This document shows positions 59,336 through 64,000 of a stretch of DNA of 64,000 bases, in pieces. The stretch's first letter is position 1; each line of letters opens with the position of its first letter. The translations under genes and the position numbers were made by a program. Source of the DNA: an uncultured Actinomycetes bacterium (lineage in GTDB: Bacteria; Actinomycetota; UBA4738; HRBIN12); contig CAVZKD010000007.1 in NCBI GenBank assembly GCA_963775735.1, forward strand, positions 214,675 through 278,674. The letters are read 5' to 3'. Under the pieces are notes generated by a model. That model was not told where the DNA came from. It made no database searches and saw nothing but the letters and a program-made list of their open reading frames with translations.

Positions 59336-60384
59336 GGGCGCTCGTCCTTGCGGGCGGGGAGGGGTCGCGGCTCCGGCCGCTCACCCACACGAGCGCGAAG
59401 CAGCTGATCCCGATCGCGAACACGCCGATCCTGTTCCACGTCTTGCGTTCGATCCGCGAGGCCGGGATCACCGAGGTCGGGATCGTCGTCGGGCCGACCG
59501 GGGACGAGGTGCGGGCGGCGGTCGGCGACGGTTCGACGTTCGGGCTTCGCGCCACCTACCTCGAGCAGGAGGCGCCCCTCGGCCTCGCGCACGCGGTGCT
59601 CACCGCGCGGGACTTCGTGCAGGGCCAACCGTTCGTGATGTACCTCGGCGACAACGTGCTGCTCGAGGGGATCGCGCGGTTCGTCGAGGGCTTCGAGCGC
59701 CACCGGCCGGATGCGCAGATCTTCCTGGCCCGGGTGCCCGAGCCCGAGCGGTTCGGCGTCGTCGTGCTCGAGGGCGATCGTGTGGTCCGCCTCGTCGAGA
59801 AGCCGAAGGAGCACGTCTCGGACCTCGCGCTCGTCGGCGTATACCTGTTCGACGACCAGATCATCGAGGCGTGCGAGTCGCTCGAGCCCTCGTGGCGCGG
59901 GGAGTACGAGATCACCGAGGCGATCCAGTGGCTCGTCGACCGGGGCCGGAACGTGCGAGCCGAGATGCTCTCGGGCTGGTGGAAGGACACGGGCAGGCCC
60001 GAGGACCTGCTCGACGCCAACCGCATGCTGCTCGCCACCCTCGAGCCACGGGTCGAGGGCGAGGTCGATGCGGACTCGACGCTCGAAGGGGTGGTCGTGG
60101 TCGAGTCCGGCGCGAAGATCGTCCGCTCGACCGTGATGGGCCCGGTGATCGTCGGGGAGAGCGCGCTCGTGGAGGACTCGACCGTCGGGCCGGACGTCGC
60201 GATCTCGGCCGGCTGCGTGGTGACCGCCAGCACGGTCACGGACTCGATCGTGATGGAGGGCTCGAAGATCTCCGGGGTTCGGGGCGTCGGGGGCTCGGTG
60301 ATCGGTCGTGACGTCGAGATCCGCCACGCCGACGGCGACGTGCACCGGCTCGTGATCGGCGACCACGGCCAGGTCGAGGTCTGA
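59332..60384 (+). CDS. rmlA: glucose-1-phosphate thymidylyltransferase (long form with left-handed beta-helix C-terminus)
   Basis: GTG 59332 overlaps the LCP stop (GTGA). LVLAGGEGSRLRPLTHTSAKQLIPIAN, EKPK and hexapeptide-repeat C-terminal third. Confidence 0.88.
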   Translation: MRALVLAGGEGSRLRPLTHTSAKQLIPIANTPILFHVLRSIREAGITEVGIVVGPTGDEVRAAVGDGSTFGLRATYLEQEAPLGLAHAVLTARDFVQGQPFVMYLGDNVLLEGIARFVEGFERHRPDAQIFLARVPEPERFGVVVLEGDRVVRLVEKPKEHVSDLALVGVYLFDDQIIEACESLEPSWRGEYEITEAIQWLVDRGRNVRAEMLSGWWKDTGRPEDLLDANRMLLATLEPRVEGEVDADSTLEGVVVVESGAKIVRSTVMGPVIVGESALVEDSTVGPDVAISAGCVVTASTVTDSIVMEGSKISGVRGVGGSVIGRDVEIRHADGDVHRLVIGDHGQVEV

Positions 60385-60422
60385 CGGGCGCTCGTGCGGC
60401 TCGCCGAGACGGGGTAGCGCGC

Positions 60423-61565
60423 GTGCGGCTCGCGATCGACGCGCGGCCGGCGCTCGATCCGCGGCGGACCGGCGTGGGCCACTACGCGCGCCAGATCGTG
60501 CGGCACCTGCCGGCCTCGGCGCCCGCCGACGAGGTCGTCGCCTGGTACCTGGATCCGAGGGGCCTGCTGTCGCGGCGTCGATTCTTCGACGAGGTCGGCG
60601 CCCGGAACCTGACCGAACACGCCGACCGGTTCCCGACGCGCGTGTTCCAGCCGGTGTCGTGGCGGCTCCACGTCCCGAGGCTCGAGTGGCTCCTGCGCTT
60701 CGATGCGCTGCTCGCGACGAACTTCCTGCCGCCGCCCACGTCGTCCCGAGGCGTCGTGCTCGTCGTCCACGACCTGGCGCACGAGGTGATGCCCGGCACG
60801 GCGCCGCACCACGACGCCCGGTGGCGCAGGAGGTTCGACCGATGGCTTCGGCGCGCCGCCGCCGTCATCGTGCCCTCCGACAGCACCAGGCGGGACCTCC
60901 TCGAGCGCCACGACGTCGCGGGCGAGGTCCACGTGATCCCGCACGGCGCGGAGCCGTTCGAGCCTCCTCCCGCCGCCGAGGTGGGGCAGGTCCGAGCGAG
61001 CTTCGGGATCGAGGGACCGTACGCGTTGTTCGTCGGCGGGATCGAGCCACGCAAGAACCTGTCCGCGCTCGTGCAGGCGTTCGCGTCGCTCGGTGACGTG
61101 GACGCGTGGCTGGTGATCGCCGGCGGCCGGACGAACTGGATCCCGCACGCGGCCGAGTCGCTGCGCGCCGAGGTGGCGGGCCTGCCTCCGGCGGTTCGCC
61201 GTCGTGTGGTCCTTCCCGGATACGTCGGCGGCATCGTGAAGGCGGCCCTGATCGCGGGGGCGACAACGCTCGTGTACCCGTCGCGCTACGAGGGGTTCGG
61301 GTTCCCGGTGCTGGAGGGGTTCTCGGCCGGCGTCCCCGTGTTGACCTCGAGCACGTCCTCGCTCCCCGAGGTGGCCGGCGACGCCGCGCTGCTCGTCGAC
61401 CCGGGGGACACGGCCGCGATCGGCGAGGGGCTTCGGTCGCTCTTCGACGATGCCGTGCTCCGCGAGCGGCTGATCGCGGCGGGACGGGATCGCGTCCGCA
61501 CGTTCGCCTGGGAGCGGTCGGCGGCCCGAACCGCCGACGTCCTGCGGGCCGCGAGCCGCCGGTAG
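60423..61565 (+). CDS. family 4 (GT-B) glycosyltransferase
   Basis: 380 aa. EGFGFPVLEGFSAGVPVLTS motif. Sits in the rhamnose cluster. Confidence 0.85.
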   Translation: MRLAIDARPALDPRRTGVGHYARQIVRHLPASAPADEVVAWYLDPRGLLSRRRFFDEVGARNLTEHADRFPTRVFQPVSWRLHVPRLEWLLRFDALLATNFLPPPTSSRGVVLVVHDLAHEVMPGTAPHHDARWRRRFDRWLRRAAAVIVPSDSTRRDLLERHDVAGEVHVIPHGAEPFEPPPAAEVGQVRASFGIEGPYALFVGGIEPRKNLSALVQAFASLGDVDAWLVIAGGRTNWIPHAAESLRAEVAGLPPAVRRRVVLPGYVGGIVKAALIAGATTLVYPSRYEGFGFPVLEGFSAGVPVLTSSTSSLPEVAGDAALLVDPGDTAAIGEGLRSLFDDAVLRERLIAAGRDRVRTFAWERSAARTADVLRAASRR

Positions 61566-61576
61566 ACTCGGCCGCG

Positions 61577-62574
61577 ATGGCCGAACGGGACGACGGGTCG
61601 CGGGCCGAGCGCATCCTGGTCACGGGCGGGGCCGGGTTCATCGGTTCGCACCTCGTCGACCTGCTCCTCGAGCGGCCGAGCACCGAGGTGGTGGTGCTCG
61701 ACCGGCTCACCTACGCGGGCACGCGGCTGAACCTGTCGCACCACGATCCCGATCCGCGGTTCCGGTTCGTCCTCGGCGATGTGTCGGATGCGGCCGCCGT
61801 CGCTCCACTCGTGGCGGAGGCCGACCGCGTGGTCCATGCCGCGGCCGAGTCGTTCGTCGACCGGAGCATCGAGGACTCGCGCGCCTTCGTGCTGTCGAAC
61901 GTGCTCGGTACGCAGGTGGTGCTCGAGGCGTGCCGGGAGCTCGAACGTCCGCTCGTGTACGTGTCGACGGACGAGGTCTACGGCTCCCGGGAGGACGACG
62001 CCGATCCGTTCGACGAGGGGGATCCGATGCGCCCGCGCAACCCGTACGCGGCGAGCAAGGCCGGCGCCGACCTGCTCGTGCACGCGTACGTGGTGACGTA
62101 CGGGCTGCGTGCCACGACGGTTCGAGGCACGAACGCCTTCGGGCCGAGGCAGCATCCGGAGAAGGCGATCCCCACGTTCGCGACGGCTGCGCTGCAGGGC
62201 CGTCCGGTCCCCGTGTACGGCGACGGCTCGAACCGCCGCGAATGGCTGTACGTGCGCGACTTCGTTCGGGCGATCGCGGCCGTGCTCGACGGGGGGAGCC
62301 TGGCGGCATCTACAACATCGGCGGCGGGACCGAGCTCTCGAACCTCGACCTCGCTCGGCGGATCTGTTCGACGCTCGACGTCGACCCGTCGCTCATCACG
62401 TTCGTGCCGGACCGGCCCGGACACGACCTCGCGTACGGGCTCGAGTGGAGCCGCCTGGAGGGCCTCGGGTGGCGGCCGGCGACGCCGTTCTCGGACGGTC
62501 TCGCGACCACGGTCGCGTGGTACCGCGATCATCAGGACTGGGTCGGCGAGGTCCTCGCCGGCGCGCCCGCGTGA
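61577..62574 (+). CDS. rmlB: dTDP-glucose 4,6-dehydratase, one frame break at a G6 run
   Basis: ATG 61577. ILVTGGAGFIGSH, STDEVYG and YAASKAG, up to AIAAVLDGG. The continuation EPGGIYNIGGGTE ... WYRDHQDW is in the frame of ORF 61930..62574. The join is at GGGGGG 62291-62296. Confidence 0.85.
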
Positions 62575-63404
62575 GGATCGCGGTCACCGGCGCGGGCGGC
62601 GGCCTCGGCCGGGCGTTCCTCGCGACGTGCCCCTCGCATCACGACGTCGCCGCGTTCACGCACCGAGAGCTCGACATCGGCGATCACGACGCCGTGATGC
62701 AGGCGATCGTGCCGCTCGCGCCCGACCTCATCGTGAACGCGGCCGCGGTCACGAACGTCGACGCCTGCGAGCGCGATCCGGAGCGTGCGTACCGCGACAA
62801 CGCGCTCGGACCGCAGAGCCTCGCGCTCGCTGCCCGAACGTGCGACGCGACCCTGCTGCAGGTCTCCACCGACTACGTGTTCGACGGCACGAAGGGCTCG
62901 CCGTACGACGAGGTGGACCAGCCGGATCCCCTGAACGTGTACGGGCGCAGCAAGCTCGCCGGGGAGGAGCACGTCCGTCGCATCACGCCGCGGCACCTGG
63001 TCGTACGGACCGCGTACGTGTTCGGCGGCGGGACGGATCACCTCTCCCGGGCGATCGGCCGGATGCGGGAGGGAGAGGACGTCGGGGGGGTCGCCGACCG
63101 GGTCGGGAGCCCCACCTACGTGGCGCACCTGGCCGAGCGGCTCCTGCCGCTCGCGCTCACCGAGCGCTTCGGCACGTACCACCTCGCCGGCCCGGAGCCG
63201 ACCACCTGGTTCGACCTGGTCTCACGTGCCGGGTCGATCGGAGGGTTCGAGGGAGCCGTCCGGGAGCAGACGTCCGAGGAGCTCGGGCTGGTTGCGAGCC
63301 GTCCGAAGAACAGCGCGCTCGTCAGCGTGTTCGTCGGTGCGCTCGGCGTTCCGGCGTTCCCGTCGCTCGACGACGCGTTGCGGGAGCTGCTCTCGGTCAG
63401 CTGA
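62571..63404 (+). CDS. rmlD: dTDP-4-dehydrorhamnose reductase
   Basis: GTG 62571 overlaps the rmlB stop (GTGA). IAVTGAGGGLGRA, STDYVFDG, YGRSKLAGE and VADRVGSPTY. Confidence 0.88.
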   Translation: MRIAVTGAGGGLGRAFLATCPSHHDVAAFTHRELDIGDHDAVMQAIVPLAPDLIVNAAAVTNVDACERDPERAYRDNALGPQSLALAARTCDATLLQVSTDYVFDGTKGSPYDEVDQPDPLNVYGRSKLAGEEHVRRITPRHLVVRTAYVFGGGTDHLSRAIGRMREGEDVGGVADRVGSPTYVAHLAERLLPLALTERFGTYHLAGPEPTTWFDLVSRAGSIGGFEGAVREQTSEELGLVASRPKNSALVSVFVGALGVPAFPSLDDALRELLSVS

Positions 63405-63488
63405 CCAAGCGAAGCCTCCACCTGGTCAGCTGGACGCTCTCGAAGTTGTCGGCGGTGACGGCATCTGCCGTCGAGACAACTACGGAGA

Positions 63489-63510
63489 TCGGCGAGGTGG
63501 TCCTCGCCGA
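63489..63510. terminator. GC-rich hairpin between convergent rmlD and the small ORF
   Basis: TCGGCGAGG-TGGT-CCTCGCCGA (9-bp stem). A second imperfect hairpin lies at 63444-63481. No clear U-tract on either strand. Confidence 0.3.
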
Positions 63511-63539
63511 CCGGGGAGTTCGCGCGTTGAAGTCCAGTC

Positions 63540-63719
63540 CTAGCCGGGTGGCTTCTTCTTCTTCTTCTTCTTGGTCTTCGGCGACCCCATCCCGTTGGCG
63601 TACGCCTTCGTCGCCGCAACCGTCTGGATCACCGGAGCTGCCCATGCAACACCGACGCCGGTGGCCGCCGCCTTCTTGAGGAAGTCGCGTCTGGGAAGCC
63701 CTTGCTTCTCTGCGGGCAT
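63540..63719 (-). CDS. 59-aa ORF: twin-arginine signal peptide followed by a short poly-lysine tail
   Basis: Own translation (below the 60-aa ORF-track cutoff): MPAEKQGLPRRDFLKKAAATGVGVAWAAPVIQTVAATKAYANGMGSPKTKKKKKKKPPG*. RRDFLK matches the Tat consensus (S/T)RRxFLK and is followed by a hydrophobic h-region. G-rich SD-like run adjacent to the ATG. Confidence 0.45.
   Translation of the reverse strand: MPAEKQGLPRRDFLKKAAATGVGVAWAAPVIQTVAATKAYANGMGSPKTKKKKKKKPPG
63552..63572. repeat. (CTT)7 / (AAG)7 trinucleotide microsatellite
   Basis: Seven perfect CTT units at 63552-63572. They encode K7 in the small minus-strand ORF. Compositionally exceptional for this GC-rich window. Confidence 0.9.
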
Positions 63720-64000
63720 CTCCCCCCTGACCCGCCTCGCACCCGGACCAGACCGGGCGCTGTTCGCCTACCCGGATGAGAAGATTGTCAGGGGTTCGGT
63801 CTGCGAACAATGCGACAAGCGACGTAATCGACCTACGCAGCATCGGGTTCTGTCGCAAGGGAGAACGCGGATCACCTCACACGTTCTGCGTATGAGGCGG
63901 CTTCATAGATGAGCGACCTCTCATCCGGTCCGAAGGATGAAGCATGATGCGTCGTTGCGAAACGACTCGCCCCAACGGGCAAGGAGGTGGTGCACGGTGA

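Noticed and set aside
62300-63679. C-terminal part of the 857-aa ORF 61106..63679
   Set aside because: After the rmlB frame break it reads as an R/S/G-rich shadow over rmlD. The true rmlB continuation and rmlD lie in the other two frames and carry clear motifs.
63397-63858. 153-aa minus-strand ORF with an E6 run
   Set aside because: Its composition is odd (R/G/D-rich) and it spans the rmlD 3' end and the terminator-like hairpins. The same DNA in another frame gives a consensus Tat signal peptide, which I consider the more plausible reading. Both remain unverified.
63987-64000. Possible gene start (GTG 63997 after AAGGAGG) at the right edge
   Set aside because: Only one codon lies inside the window, so it cannot be annotated as a feature. 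It is mentioned under the leader-region finding.

Overview
High-GC (about 70% by eye), densely coding chromosomal segment that looks actinobacterial (LCP/rhamnose cell-wall genes, AccE-type small subunit, SigK/RskA-like ECF pair, many 4-nt start/stop overlaps). I support about 60 protein genes. I found no rRNA, tRNA, CRISPR array, transposase or integrase. Order of blocks: (1) cupin/TetR pair, a cyclase-AAA-TPR regulator, an acyl-CoA dehydrogenase and an M23 peptidase. (2) A translationally coupled minus-strand copper-type operon, 13322..7061 (YcnI-like, CopC-CopD fusion, two DUF4399-like paralogs, CPBP protease, orphan solute-binding protein). (3) A chain of pccB, accE-like, cupin and two glycosyltransferases. 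(4) Acyl-CoA and ethylmalonyl-type metabolism (ccr, epimerase, thiolase, ACADs). (5) An archaeal-type nurA-herA-mre11-rad50 operon, 30508..36602. It is bracketed on both sides by paralogous modules made of a membrane sensor, a very long repeat-built coiled coil and a histidine-kinase-like domain with no phospho-acceptor His. This is the most unusual thing in the window. (6) Aconitase, thioesterase, flavodoxin-like protein and an ADH. (7) A regulatory island (NarL regulator, GAF kinase, ECF sigma/anti-sigma, degenerate GGDEF, cupredoxin-multicopper oxidase). (8) A frameshifted AMP-forming acyl-CoA synthetase, then an LCP/rmlA/GT4/rmlB/rmlD cell-wall cluster, then a tiny Tat-signal poly-lysine ORF. 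A second theme is at least 15 apparent single-nucleotide frame breaks in otherwise recognisable genes, distributed very unevenly (at least 8 between 21.6 and 24.4 kb, none in several long genes). Without read data I cannot tell assembly indels from real pseudogenisation. All family calls come from motif recognition by eye; no database searches were run.
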